Of a stretch of DNA of 64,000 bases, positions 1-8,665 are shown piece after piece. Where the stretch lies: sequence record MH791404.1; one strand, given 5' to 3'. The position numbers were made by a program, and so were the translations under genes. Within the stretch, counting starts at the first letter, position 1, and the number at the start of each line of letters is the position of its first letter. The notes under the pieces were generated by a model, which made no database searches, was not told the DNA's origin, and worked only from the letters and a program-made list of their open reading frames with translations.

Positions 1-285
1 TATTTTTCGAAGTACTGCACAGGGTCTTATTGGCGAAAAGGGGTTGGTGGTCGAGATGCAGAAGCACTCCCACGAAACAAACCACTTGAGTTCCTTAACG
101 AACAGTGTGGTTTGGTAAATGTAGGTGTTCGATATTTTGTATGTACTTGTTGTGGTACTGCACAAGACGAAGACCAACTTGTTGGTAATGTGTTTGCTGG
201 GAAATATTGCAAAACCTGCTATGACAAAGAGCCACAAATTCGCAAATCTATTGCTGAAAGCAAAAAACCCGGTTTTTACGACTAA
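1..285 (+). CDS. 3' part of Cys-rich hypothetical protein (5' end outside window)
   Basis: Frame +1 is open from base 1 to TAA 283-285: ...YFVCTCCGTAQDEDQLVGNVFAGKYCKTCYDKE...; not in the ORF track because it has no start in the window. Confidence 0.6.
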   Translation, partial: YFSKYCTGSYWRKGVGGRDAEALPRNKPLEFLNEQCGLVNVGVRYFVCTCCGTAQDEDQLVGNVFAGKYCKTCYDKEPQIRKSIAESKKPGFYD

Positions 286-300
286 ATAAAAGGAAATAAT

Positions 301-1302
301 ATGATTTTTGTAAAATATAACTCTCTTGAGAACCACTATCGTCAAAACGTCATCGACTCTTTTGCAACTTCCGGATATACTGCAAAGGGTGTTGAATGGG
401 TTGCAATGGAAAAGATTCATGGTACTAATTTTCAACTTGCTGTAAATGATGAACATGTACAGGCTGGTCGTCGAACTGATCTTCTTGGTGATTTTGACCA
501 GTTTTATGAAGCAGACCTGATTGTAAAGAAATATCATGATAATGCCCGAAAAGTATACAACTTTGTTAAACAAAAACACCCAGAAGTTGATCAAGTTACA
601 ATCTTCGGGGAATATGCCGGTAATCTTACTACTGGAAAAATGATTCAAAAAGAAGTAGAGTATGGAGATCAAGACTTTTATGTGTTTGATATCTTCATTT
701 TCTCTGGTGAAACTGGAATGTACCTCTCCCACGATTTCGTTATGGATGCAATCGATGGGATCTTCAAACATGCCCCTGTTATCTACCGTGGGGATTTCGA
801 TGGTGTAACAAAACTCCCGAACGACTTCCAATCAGTTGTTATCCCAAGCAACAAAGCAGGAAAATTCGATCTTGTTGAAGGAACTGATAACATTGCGGAG
901 GGGTTTGTTGCGAAGACAGTAGACCCACATTATACCCGTCAAGGTCGGACTATTTTCAAATCTAAAAACTCCAAGTTTACAGAGAAAGGGAAATCTGACA
1001 AACCGGTAAAGGTAAAAGAGCCTCTGGGTGAATCAGATCTTGCTATGGTTCATGAGATTGCTGAATATATCAACGTGAATCGTCTTAAAAATGTCCTCAG
1101 TAAGATTGGGATCCCTACCACCAAAGAGTTTGGTAAGGTTTCTGGTAACCTCTCGAAAGACGCAATTGAAGATTTCACGAAGGATACCAGCAAAAATCTA
1201 CGAGATGCAGAACGTCCTTCTGATGTAGGTAAAGCAGTGAACAACCTAGCAGGGGAACTTGTTCGGGAACACTGGATGAATATCCTTGATGGAAATTTCT
1301 AA
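301..1302 (+). CDS. rnlB: RNA ligase 2 (gp24.1)
   Basis: 333 aa; N-terminus KYNSLENHY, nucleotidyltransferase motif I EKIHGTNF, plus EGFV and KSKN motifs as in T4 Rnl2; AGGA RBS. Confidence 0.95.
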   Translation: MIFVKYNSLENHYRQNVIDSFATSGYTAKGVEWVAMEKIHGTNFQLAVNDEHVQAGRRTDLLGDFDQFYEADLIVKKYHDNARKVYNFVKQKHPEVDQVTIFGEYAGNLTTGKMIQKEVEYGDQDFYVFDIFIFSGETGMYLSHDFVMDAIDGIFKHAPVIYRGDFDGVTKLPNDFQSVVIPSNKAGKFDLVEGTDNIAEGFVAKTVDPHYTRQGRTIFKSKNSKFTEKGKSDKPVKVKEPLGESDLAMVHEIAEYINVNRLKNVLSKIGIPTTKEFGKVSGNLSKDAIEDFTKDTSKNLRDAERPSDVGKAVNNLAGELVREHWMNILDGNF

Positions 1303-1313
1303 AAATAAATGAA

Positions 1314-1350
1314 AAAAGGCTTGCCAATGGGTGAGCCTTTTTGATATCTT
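1314..1350 (+). promoter_or_regulatory. Stem-loop terminator overlapping a sigma70-like promoter
   Basis: AAAAGGCT...AGCCTTTT hairpin after rnlB contains TTGCCA (1321); TATCTT follows at an 18-nt spacing. Confidence 0.5.
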
Positions 1351-1386
1351 ATCCATATCGAAACAAGAGACAAAAAGGAACGAACC

Positions 1387-2022
1387 ATGAACAACGAAAA
1401 ATTCAATGAAATTATGGAAAACGTAGTTGGTATGGTTGAAGCCGGTTTTGTTTCTAAGGCCGGTCAGAAACGCGCCCTGAACGAATGCGCAAAAATGATG
1501 GAACTGGTGCGGGCCGAATTCTCTTCTTTCTATCTGGACTCCATCAACATCGAACAGCGTAATATGAATCTTCCGGAACACGAAGCAGCGGTAGACCTTT
1601 ATTATGCACAACCAAACACCGCGACTTTCGCCAAATATCTGGTAAAAGCAGAAAAAGCAATGCCTTGGATGGATAAAGCTCTGTGTGAAGAATTGGTTTC
1701 TATGGGTGAACAGGTTGTTGCTATGATTGCAACAGTTAAAAACGCTCCCATCAACCAACCAGAACCGAAAGTTAGCGAGAAGGAAGCCGTTATCAAGAAA
1801 AACATCATGGAGATCATGGAACTTCGGGGTGAACAGTTCAACCGGTGTCTTCGTTTGGATGAGATGTTTGGTCGGATGATGGTAACCGCTAACGTTCACC
1901 TTGTTCGTGGACACAAAGGTACTGTGTTTGTTCGCGCCTTCTACTACGTTTGTGGACACCTGACTCCCCTGAATGTCATCATTGCTGCTATGGAAGAAGC
2001 AGCAAAAAAAGAAACAAAATAA
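1387..2022 (+). CDS. Hypothetical protein
   Basis: 211-aa ORF with AGGA RBS; no family recognised. Confidence 0.8.
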   Translation: MNNEKFNEIMENVVGMVEAGFVSKAGQKRALNECAKMMELVRAEFSSFYLDSINIEQRNMNLPEHEAAVDLYYAQPNTATFAKYLVKAEKAMPWMDKALCEELVSMGEQVVAMIATVKNAPINQPEPKVSEKEAVIKKNIMEIMELRGEQFNRCLRLDEMFGRMMVTANVHLVRGHKGTVFVRAFYYVCGHLTPLNVIIAAMEEAAKKETK

Positions 2023-2043
2023 CTTTAAATTGAGGAATGAAAA

Positions 2044-2763
2044 ATGAAAAAGCGGTTTGTTAGTTTTGCTATCTTAGGTGCTATGTGTGCTATTAGTGTG
2101 GTACAGGTTAATGCGGCATCTTTTGACTGTGAGAAAGCATCGAGTAAAATAGAGCGAACTATTTGTGCAGACGAACGGCTGAGTGAATCAGATGAGAAAC
2201 TGAATTCTGTTTATAAAGAAGTTCGAAAAATTAACCCAGCGATCATCGAAGGTCAGCGAGATTGGGTCAAACGTCGTAATAAAGCATCTTCAATCGAAGA
2301 ACTTGACCAACTCCATGAAACACGGATCCAAGAACTTGAATCCATGCTTAAACCAATCATCGAACAAGATGATGAAAGTGTATTCACCCGTTCTGAACAA
2401 CCAAAAATCAAGAAAGTGTCTGTTGTTGAAAATAAAAACGTAGTGAAAGACATTAAATATTATGTCGATGAAGTACAACGCACTGGTGGAATGACTAATA
2501 AGGATGGATTCTTTTCTGCAAAAGTAGTGGGAAAGGGTTATCCTAGTTGGTTAAAAGATTGTGGGATGGTTGTAGGAGAAGCACACGGTACAAAATATTT
2601 CATTAATGACGCCAATAAATATGGTCAATTTGATATCTATATTCAGAACGAATTGAGCTTTAAAAATGTTGCTGCGAACATGATGATCAAATATATGGTG
2701 GATTCCGTAAAAGGTGATTTGGGTCTTGTTAAAATCATGTGTGATTCCGGAGAATTGTATTAA
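2044..2763 (+). CDS. Secreted LprI/DUF1311-like (lysozyme inhibitor family) protein
   Basis: Signal peptide MKKRFVSFAILGAMCAISVVQVNA, then ASFDCEKASSKIERTIC...LNSVY...QRDWVKRRN typical of LprI domains. Confidence 0.7.
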   Translation: MKKRFVSFAILGAMCAISVVQVNAASFDCEKASSKIERTICADERLSESDEKLNSVYKEVRKINPAIIEGQRDWVKRRNKASSIEELDQLHETRIQELESMLKPIIEQDDESVFTRSEQPKIKKVSVVENKNVVKDIKYYVDEVQRTGGMTNKDGFFSAKVVGKGYPSWLKDCGMVVGEAHGTKYFINDANKYGQFDIYIQNELSFKNVAANMMIKYMVDSVKGDLGLVKIMCDSGELY

Positions 2764-3029
2764 TGAACCAAAAAGCTCGTGAATTGATGATAGAGCTATT
2801 CAATAGCGGGATCGGGTGTAAGTTGGTATCTTCATCCACAAGCTCTTATATCGACGTACAGGGGCATATGGTGAGGGTTTCAGACCATGGGGGTCACTCC
2901 AAATTCAAAGGAACTCAGATCAGGAAAGACCATGGCTATAAAAAGACCAAATATGGTATGATCTTTGGGTATAACGAGATTGGGATGGCAGTAAAATATC
3001 TCAAATCCCTAAATACATTAACAAACTAA
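2763..3029 (+). CDS. Hypothetical protein
   Basis: 88 aa; TAATG-coupled to the upstream gene. Confidence 0.75.
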   Translation: MNQKARELMIELFNSGIGCKLVSSSTSSYIDVQGHMVRVSDHGGHSKFKGTQIRKDHGYKKTKYGMIFGYNEIGMAVKYLKSLNTLTN

Positions 3030-3041
3030 GAGGAATGCGAA

Positions 3042-3914
3042 ATGGCATTGAATTATGTAGAAGAACCAGTAGAAAAAGAAAATAAACCAAAAAAGTCTAC
3101 TGCGAAAAAACAAAAAGAACTTGACCTCGGGGTAATCAACGAAATTGTTGATGCTAATACCGCACCAGAAGCGAAAGCGAAAATTCAAGCATATGCTAAG
3201 GAATGTGGTTTTAAAATTAGCAAGTCTAATACTTCGGTTGACGATATGATCGTTAAACTCCTTGAAATGGCGGACGCCAAAGAGAATGAAAAACTGGACC
3301 TTGCACCGGAACCGAAAGAAAAAACCCCTTTTGTCGAACCAGTTGTAGTCGATGACGAATTCGACAATGTAGATGAGGTTATTGAACTTGGTGTGGTTGA
3401 ATCAATCAAAATTGATGATGGGGTGGTTAATATCAATACTCCCAACGATGTTAAAATTGAATTCACTCCACCGAAACAACCAGAATATATTGATTCTTCT
3501 GGGTTTAAAACTCTTGACGAATTAATTGAAGATGAAAAGAAGTTCGTTAAAGAAAAAATGAAATTTGAAATTNNNNNNNNNNNNNNNNNNNNNNNNNNNN
3601 NNNNNNNNNNNNNNNNNNNNNNNNNNNNNNNNNNNNNNNNNNNNNNNNNNCAAGATACCCAAGAACCGGATTTGACTTATGGTTTCAAGCCGAAAGTAAA
3701 TCTGATTGGGGCTGTTGGTAACCAATACCTCAATTGCCCGTATTGGATTCTTGATTGGATCCTTGAGAAAGGACCGTCTTGGAAGAGTATTATTGATACT
3801 CATGAACGCGAACCGGATAAAGCACTTCTGAAAACAGTTCTTTATTACATCCAGATTAATGGTAGTGTGACATTGCGCGAGAGTCGTAATTCTCGTTTCC
3901 ATACCATTTACTAA
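3042..3914 (+). CDS. inh: Inhibitor of prohead protease (Inh); contains N gap 3573-3650
   Basis: KAKIQAYAKECGFKISK near the N-terminus and YYIQINGSVTLRESRNSRF at the C-terminus match T4 Inh; CTAAATA at 3009 upstream. Confidence 0.85.
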   Translation: MALNYVEEPVEKENKPKKSTAKKQKELDLGVINEIVDANTAPEAKAKIQAYAKECGFKISKSNTSVDDMIVKLLEMADAKENEKLDLAPEPKEKTPFVEPVVVDDEFDNVDEVIELGVVESIKIDDGVVNINTPNDVKIEFTPPKQPEYIDSSGFKTLDELIEDEKKFVKEKMKFEIXXXXXXXXXXXXXXXXXXXXXXXXXXQDTQEPDLTYGFKPKVNLIGAVGNQYLNCPYWILDWILEKGPSWKSIIDTHEREPDKALLKTVLYYIQINGSVTLRESRNSRFHTIY

Positions 3915-3919
3915 TATCT

Positions 3920-3944
3920 AGCCATCCTACGGGGTGGCTTTTTT
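3920..3944 (+). terminator. Rho-independent terminator after inh
   Basis: AGCCATCC-TACG-GGGTGGCT plus T run; identical to 46507-46530. Confidence 0.85.
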
Positions 3945-3995
3945 GTATCCCTAAATACTAATTGACCATTTTGGTCAATATAATAAGGGTGTTAA

Positions 3996-4217
3996 ATGGA
4001 ATACAATTTCATCGAAGTTAATGAAAATACTTTTGTTCTTACTGGATATTTCGGTTCTTATAATTTGATTGAAAGGTGGAAAAGACTTGAAGAAGATGAC
4101 CATTTGATGATCGAGAAGATAAAGGAATATTTGGAGAGGGGAGATATTGTGGTTGTACATGATGTACAAGAAGATTTATTCGTTAAACTAGATGGAGATA
4201 AATTTTACGTTTTTTGA
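3996..4217 (+). CDS. Hypothetical protein
   Basis: 73 aa; AAGGG RBS; CTAAATA at 3951. Confidence 0.7.
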   Translation: MEYNFIEVNENTFVLTGYFGSYNLIERWKRLEEDDHLMIEKIKEYLERGDIVVVHDVQEDLFVKLDGDKFYVF

Positions 4218-4311
4218 TTTCGTATTGTATCAGACATTACGAATGTTTTTAACTTTTTATACTTAGGTGGTCGAGAGATCACCTTTTTGTATATTTTATA
4301 TACAAAATAAA

Positions 4312-4432
4312 ATAGTTTCACTTGCAATCAAAGTATAAAATCTCTATAAGTATTTATATAGAAGATCTATAATTAGAAAGAGTGTGAGCGAAGCGAACAG
4401 GCGGCTACGCCGTCTCACTACGTTCGAGATCT
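4312..4432 (+). repeat. 121-bp dispersed repeat, copy A
   Basis: Reverse complement of 46540-46660 with 3 mismatches; contains TTGCAA-N17-TATAAG (4322-4350), TATAAATA on the minus strand and a GC-rich hairpin region. Confidence 0.95.
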
Positions 4433-4472
4433 ATTTATTTATAATGCTATTTAGGTGTGTTAAAATATCATC

Positions 4473-5033
4473 ATGAAAAGGAAAATTGTAACTCTTATAG
4501 GAACCAGATATCCTAACGAAGAGTATAAACAGTTGATGATAAGAATTGGAAAAGCTTTTTCTGATCGTGGTTATGGTGCTAGATCTGGTGGTGCCATTGG
4601 TTCTGATACGCTTTTCCTAACCGAATATGACCCAGCATTAACCATTGTATATCGTCCTGATGATAGACCCGGTTGTGTTAATGTCAAAAATCATGAAAAC
4701 TATTATGAATTTGAATTGCTTGCTTCCCGTGTTCATGGGTCTGGTATTGGATGGGAATTTATGCCAATTGGTCACCAAGAATTACACGCTAGGAACGTTC
4801 CTCAAGTTATGGGATTAAATCTCAAGTCTTATTCTGACTTAGTTGTATTTTGTGCGGAAGAATCGATACATGGTACTGTATCTGGTGGAACTGCTACTGC
4901 GGTTAAAATAGCAAGAAGCCTAAATATACCTACCCTAAACATTATGAACCCGGTTCAAAGATCAAAACTTTGTAAGTGGTTAGGTATTGATGATATACCA
5001 GTATTAGAAAAGGTTGACATTTTCAATCTCTAA
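4473..5033 (+). CDS. SLOG-superfamily (DprA/Smf-like) protein
   Basis: VTLIGTR...RSGGAIGSD...RN..VMG...SDLVVF...GGTATAVKIARSLNIP pattern of phage DprA/SLOG proteins. Confidence 0.7.
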   Translation: MKRKIVTLIGTRYPNEEYKQLMIRIGKAFSDRGYGARSGGAIGSDTLFLTEYDPALTIVYRPDDRPGCVNVKNHENYYEFELLASRVHGSGIGWEFMPIGHQELHARNVPQVMGLNLKSYSDLVVFCAEESIHGTVSGGTATAVKIARSLNIPTLNIMNPVQRSKLCKWLGIDDIPVLEKVDIFNL

Positions 5034-5071
5034 ATATTGTTGTGGAATAATAACAATAAACGAGGTTGAAA

Positions 5072-5416
5072 ATGAAAAGCTCACCACGTAAGATCGCCAG
5101 AACTGCGCATGATGCGATTCGACGGTTTAATTTAATACTAGGCGACACCGATACATTGTGGAAAGAAGAACCAGAAAAAGTTAAACGGGTTTGGACTAAA
5201 CATGTAACATATATAATCGATCACCCTGATTCTGACGCTCGAACTGTTCATGAGCTTTGGAGAAATTATAAAGAGGGAGAAGGTTGGATATTTGGTGAAG
5301 ACAAATCTAGAGACGAGAAAACCCACCCATGTTTGACATCTTACGATGAACTACATGAAATAGAAAAGATGAAATATTATATTTTCATCGAAACTGTTCT
5401 TGAGCAATCAAAATAA
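5072..5416 (+). CDS. RyR (ryanodine receptor repeat) domain protein
   Basis: HELWRNYKEGEGWIFGEDKSRDEKTHPCLTSYDELHEIEKMK matches the RyR consensus H..W...K...GW..G..KD...KTHPCL.PY..L; GAGG RBS before ATG 5072. Confidence 0.8.
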   Translation: MKSSPRKIARTAHDAIRRFNLILGDTDTLWKEEPEKVKRVWTKHVTYIIDHPDSDARTVHELWRNYKEGEGWIFGEDKSRDEKTHPCLTSYDELHEIEKMKYYIFIETVLEQSK

Positions 5417-5450
5417 AAAAGCCCCGACCTAAAAAGGTTGGGGCTTTCTT
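5415..5450. terminator. Bidirectional terminator between RyR gene and gene 24
   Basis: A run, GCCCCGACCT...AGGTTGGGGC, T-rich tail between convergent genes. Confidence 0.8.
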
Positions 5451-5494
5451 TTATCCAGAATAAAGCTTCTACGTCTTTTTATCTGGAAAATTAA

Positions 5495-6724
5495 TTATGC
5501 GTAATCTTTCATTTCAACCATGCACATACGAGCCAATTGAGACTTGTTTGCGGCACCTACCCAATCTTCACCGTCATATACCTTAGCCGGGTTAGATTCA
5601 ATTTTTCTGAAATCTGGGCTAGTAGATAGAGCGTATCTTGAGATAATACCAACTACAGGTTGTAGTGCGTCCGGATCGGCAGCAACCATAAAAGTCCCCG
5701 CTTCATCTTCTTCGATATAAGGACTGTAATAAACAGCACTTACTGTATCAACACCTTCATCAAATTTAGCCTTAACACCAACCAACATATAATGAACAGG
5801 AGTCTTTGAATCAACAACCAATTTCATTTTAGTACCGATAATTCGGTGTTGATCGTCAACTAGTCCAGACGTTTGTATAAGTGCGGCCACATGAGCAGAA
5901 GCAAGAATATAAGTCGGTTTGAATGTGGTATCTAACGTAATTTGAGCAGCCATACGACACGCACGAGCCACCAAATCACGACCAGCGAAATATTCAGTAG
6001 TTGCTACATTATACGGAGTTGCTTTAACTTCTTTGGTGGCAACAGTTACCAGCTTCATGATAATATCGCTGTTAATTTCTTCTGCGATGGCGACAGACAA
6101 TAGATCTTCTACTGCGGCATCACCATCCATATTCATACCACCCATATCTTGAAGAAGTTCTAGAGTGATGTTAGATTTTAGTTTGCGACTACGAACAACG
6201 GATTTCCATTTGTTCATTACATATCTGGTTTTTTGGATTTCTTTATCTTCTTGTGTGTTCGGTACAATTGCGTCAACAACAAGACGAAGGTTACCAGTAA
6301 AGACATTCTCAAAAAGAGAATTCAAATCACCGGAGTAATCACCATCATTGATAACTTGGAACACATAACCTTCACTGGCAAAATATGTTTTTGATACCAT
6401 ACTAGCACTACCGGCTGGTAATGCAGCAACGGCGGCCATATCAAATTCACCACCATAATTACGGTTGTCAAGGTTAATATCCCGATGACTTTGATTGTCT
6501 TCGCTAATATACTCGTAACGTACACCAAATACGTTTGCTACTGGGTCTGTAGTTGGTTGAACACCAGCAAGCTCATCATAAATTTTATTAAATGTTTTGC
6601 GAGTTAGTGAAACTAAAGAAGGGCGACCCGTTACGATATCACCACTACTAGATTCAACCAACCGCCCGGACATACCAGACTCTTTAATTAGGTCTTGTAT
6701 TTTTTTGGAGACTACTTTAGCCAT
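5495..6724 (-). CDS. 24: Capsid vertex protein gp24
   Basis: 409-aa gp23 paralog (LTRKTFNKIYDELAGVQPT...RKLKSNITLELLQD...YYSPY) directly downstream of gene 23. Confidence 0.92.
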   Translation of the reverse strand: MAKVVSKKIQDLIKESGMSGRLVESSSGDIVTGRPSLVSLTRKTFNKIYDELAGVQPTTDPVANVFGVRYEYISEDNQSHRDINLDNRNYGGEFDMAAVAALPAGSASMVSKTYFASEGYVFQVINDGDYSGDLNSLFENVFTGNLRLVVDAIVPNTQEDKEIQKTRYVMNKWKSVVRSRKLKSNITLELLQDMGGMNMDGDAAVEDLLSVAIAEEINSDIIMKLVTVATKEVKATPYNVATTEYFAGRDLVARACRMAAQITLDTTFKPTYILASAHVAALIQTSGLVDDQHRIIGTKMKLVVDSKTPVHYMLVGVKAKFDEGVDTVSAVYYSPYIEEDEAGTFMVAADPDALQPVVGIISRYALSTSPDFRKIESNPAKVYDGEDWVGAANKSQLARMCMVEMKDYA

Positions 6725-6810
6725 TTTTAAGATTCCTCTTTTTCTTTTATTTAGGGCTCATTCATTGGTTGACTGTATGAACTCTATCTAGTATTATTTA
6801 GACCAGTAAG

Positions 6811-6841
6811 AAAAACGAAAAGGGAACCCGAAGGTTCCCTT
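6811..6841 (-). terminator. Terminator after gene 23
   Basis: On the minus strand: AAGGGAAC-CTTCGG-GTTCCCTT plus T-rich tail (cUUCGg tetraloop). Confidence 0.85.
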
Positions 6842-6857
6842 ATTTTTGGATTTGCTA

Positions 6858-8540
6858 TTAGGCACCCAGAACACGTACACGACGGTAGAAGGAGTTCTTA
6901 CCGAAGATTGCAGCACCCGGCATTCCGGAAGTGATCTTGGAGAAGCCTTTGTTCTTGGAACCGTCAGCGAACGGGTGCAGTTTAACACCGTAACGGGTCT
7001 TGAAGCCAAGAATGGTAGCGAAGGACTTAGGATCCACACCACGCAGCGGGCTCAACGGGACGTATGGGCAGTAGTACAGACCTGCATCCAGTTCGGAGCT
7101 ACCCTTGAAGCCTACAGTGAAGTAATCTTCAACAGCGTACTGGTCGATGAAGACACGATACTTACCAGCCAGAACACCAGCGAACTGAGATACGGAGGTA
7201 TCAGTGTTCAGCTTGGTAGTACCAGCAGCAGCCGGAGAAACCAGTTGGTCGGTGGAACCGAGCATTACGGCAACGTTACGGGAACAGATTACGAAGTTAC
7301 CGTTACCACGACCGGTTTGACGACCGATTTCAGCAGCTTCCTTATCGATTTGGGTAACCAGAGCCTTGGCGCTCTCACCTTGCCAACGAGCACCACGAAT
7401 GTCGTTCGGGTCGGCAAAGTTGAAGACACCAGCTTGACCACCATGTTGGTTAGTCCAACCGGTCTTACCAATTTGAGCGGTAGCGTTGATCCACAGGATC
7501 ATTTCACGGTTGATTTCTAGCATGATTTCGTTAGCCAGAATGCTGGACAGTTCGCTATCTGCATCCAGACCATGAACGTTACGCAGGTCCTGAGCCAGTT
7601 CGATGGAGTACTGAGCTTTCAGTTGACGAGCCTTAGCTTCAACTACTTGCTTATCAATACGGAAACTCATTTCAGGCCACGGGTTATTGCTGGAACCATT
7701 AAAGTTCTCTTGCAGTTCCGCCATGGAGGTAGCCATACCTTCACCGATTTCAACCGCGATCTTGTCGTGGATTAGTTTCAGGTAACCAGCGGTTTTAACG
7801 TCAGCAGCAGTACCAGCAGTATAAGCGGTAACAAACTGAACAACCTTAGTACCGGAGTTGGAATAAGCGTCTACTTCTTCATCCAGTTGGAAGCGAGCCA
7901 GATCACCGATTGCATAGGTTCCGTCTTTATCAAAAGCAGGAATCAGTGGGGCAGTGGCACCACGACCAGAGAAGCTGGAATCAGGTGCATATTGCGGGTG
8001 AAAAGCTTCGCGAGCTTGAGCATCCAGCGCATCAGTACCATAGATGGCACGAAGGGTGAATACCTGACCAGCGGAAGAGGTCATCGGCTGAACACCACAG
8101 ATATCAAAGGCAATCAGGTTGCTGATAGCACGACGAGCCAGACCCATAACAGCCGGACCGACGTTGGTGATGTTACCGGAAGCTTCACCAGAGGCGATCT
8201 TAACAGCATCATAACCGTGGTCACCGACGATGTTAGCTTCGGTTAGCATGGTTTCCATCTCTTCACCGGTCAGTTCGCGACCTTCTGCCAGAGCAGCGGC
8301 TTGAGCTTCGTTCAGCATCTTTTTGGCTTCTGCCAGTTGAGCTTTACGACCTTGAACGTCAACCATGGAGTCGATTACGGTTTGGTCGGTATATGCAGCA
8401 CCGTCGTTACTCTTGATGTCTTCATATTGGTTTTCCATCAGACGAGCGACGATATCCTTGCGCTTCATGGTAGCAATTTCCGGCATACCTTCTTTTTCAA
8501 GCAGCGGTTTCCACTTAGCGATAATAGCGGTCTTAGACAT
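6858..8540 (-). CDS. 23: Major capsid protein gp23
   Basis: KWKPLLE, LTEANIVGDHGY, GPAVMGLARR, LIAFDICGVQPM, EMSFRIDKQVVEAKARQLKAQYSIELAQDL, GLYYCPYVPL, GFKTRYG. Confidence 0.99.
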   Translation of the reverse strand: MSKTAIIAKWKPLLEKEGMPEIATMKRKDIVARLMENQYEDIKSNDGAAYTDQTVIDSMVDVQGRKAQLAEAKKMLNEAQAAALAEGRELTGEEMETMLTEANIVGDHGYDAVKIASGEASGNITNVGPAVMGLARRAISNLIAFDICGVQPMTSSAGQVFTLRAIYGTDALDAQAREAFHPQYAPDSSFSGRGATAPLIPAFDKDGTYAIGDLARFQLDEEVDAYSNSGTKVVQFVTAYTAGTAADVKTAGYLKLIHDKIAVEIGEGMATSMAELQENFNGSSNNPWPEMSFRIDKQVVEAKARQLKAQYSIELAQDLRNVHGLDADSELSSILANEIMLEINREMILWINATAQIGKTGWTNQHGGQAGVFNFADPNDIRGARWQGESAKALVTQIDKEAAEIGRQTGRGNGNFVICSRNVAVMLGSTDQLVSPAAAGTTKLNTDTSVSQFAGVLAGKYRVFIDQYAVEDYFTVGFKGSSELDAGLYYCPYVPLSPLRGVDPKSFATILGFKTRYGVKLHPFADGSKNKGFSKITSGMPGAAIFGKNSFYRRVRVLGA

Positions 8541-8612
8541 TTTTGTTTTCCTTTTTGGATTTGAAATTTAATTTTCTGGGAGAAGAACCATTTCTTCTTT
8601 CCCTTACAAATA

Positions 8613-8619
8613 TATTTAG
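8613..8619 (-). promoter_or_regulatory. Putative late promoter CTAAATA of gene 23
   Basis: Motif about 70 nt upstream of the gene 23 start; recurs upstream of most structural genes. Confidence 0.7.
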
Positions 8620-8652
8620 GGGAGTTATTTCTAGTTATTTTTATAACTCCCC
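8619..8652 (-). terminator. Hairpin after gene 22
   Basis: GGGGAGTTAT...ATAACTCCCC 10-bp stem. Confidence 0.6.
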
Positions 8653-8665
8653 GTTAAACAGAAAA

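Noticed and set aside
6846-7520. 224-aa plus-strand ORF (and 7887-8246 and others) opposite gene 23
   Set aside because: Antisense shadow of a strongly codon-biased capsid gene; no RBS and no recognisable family.
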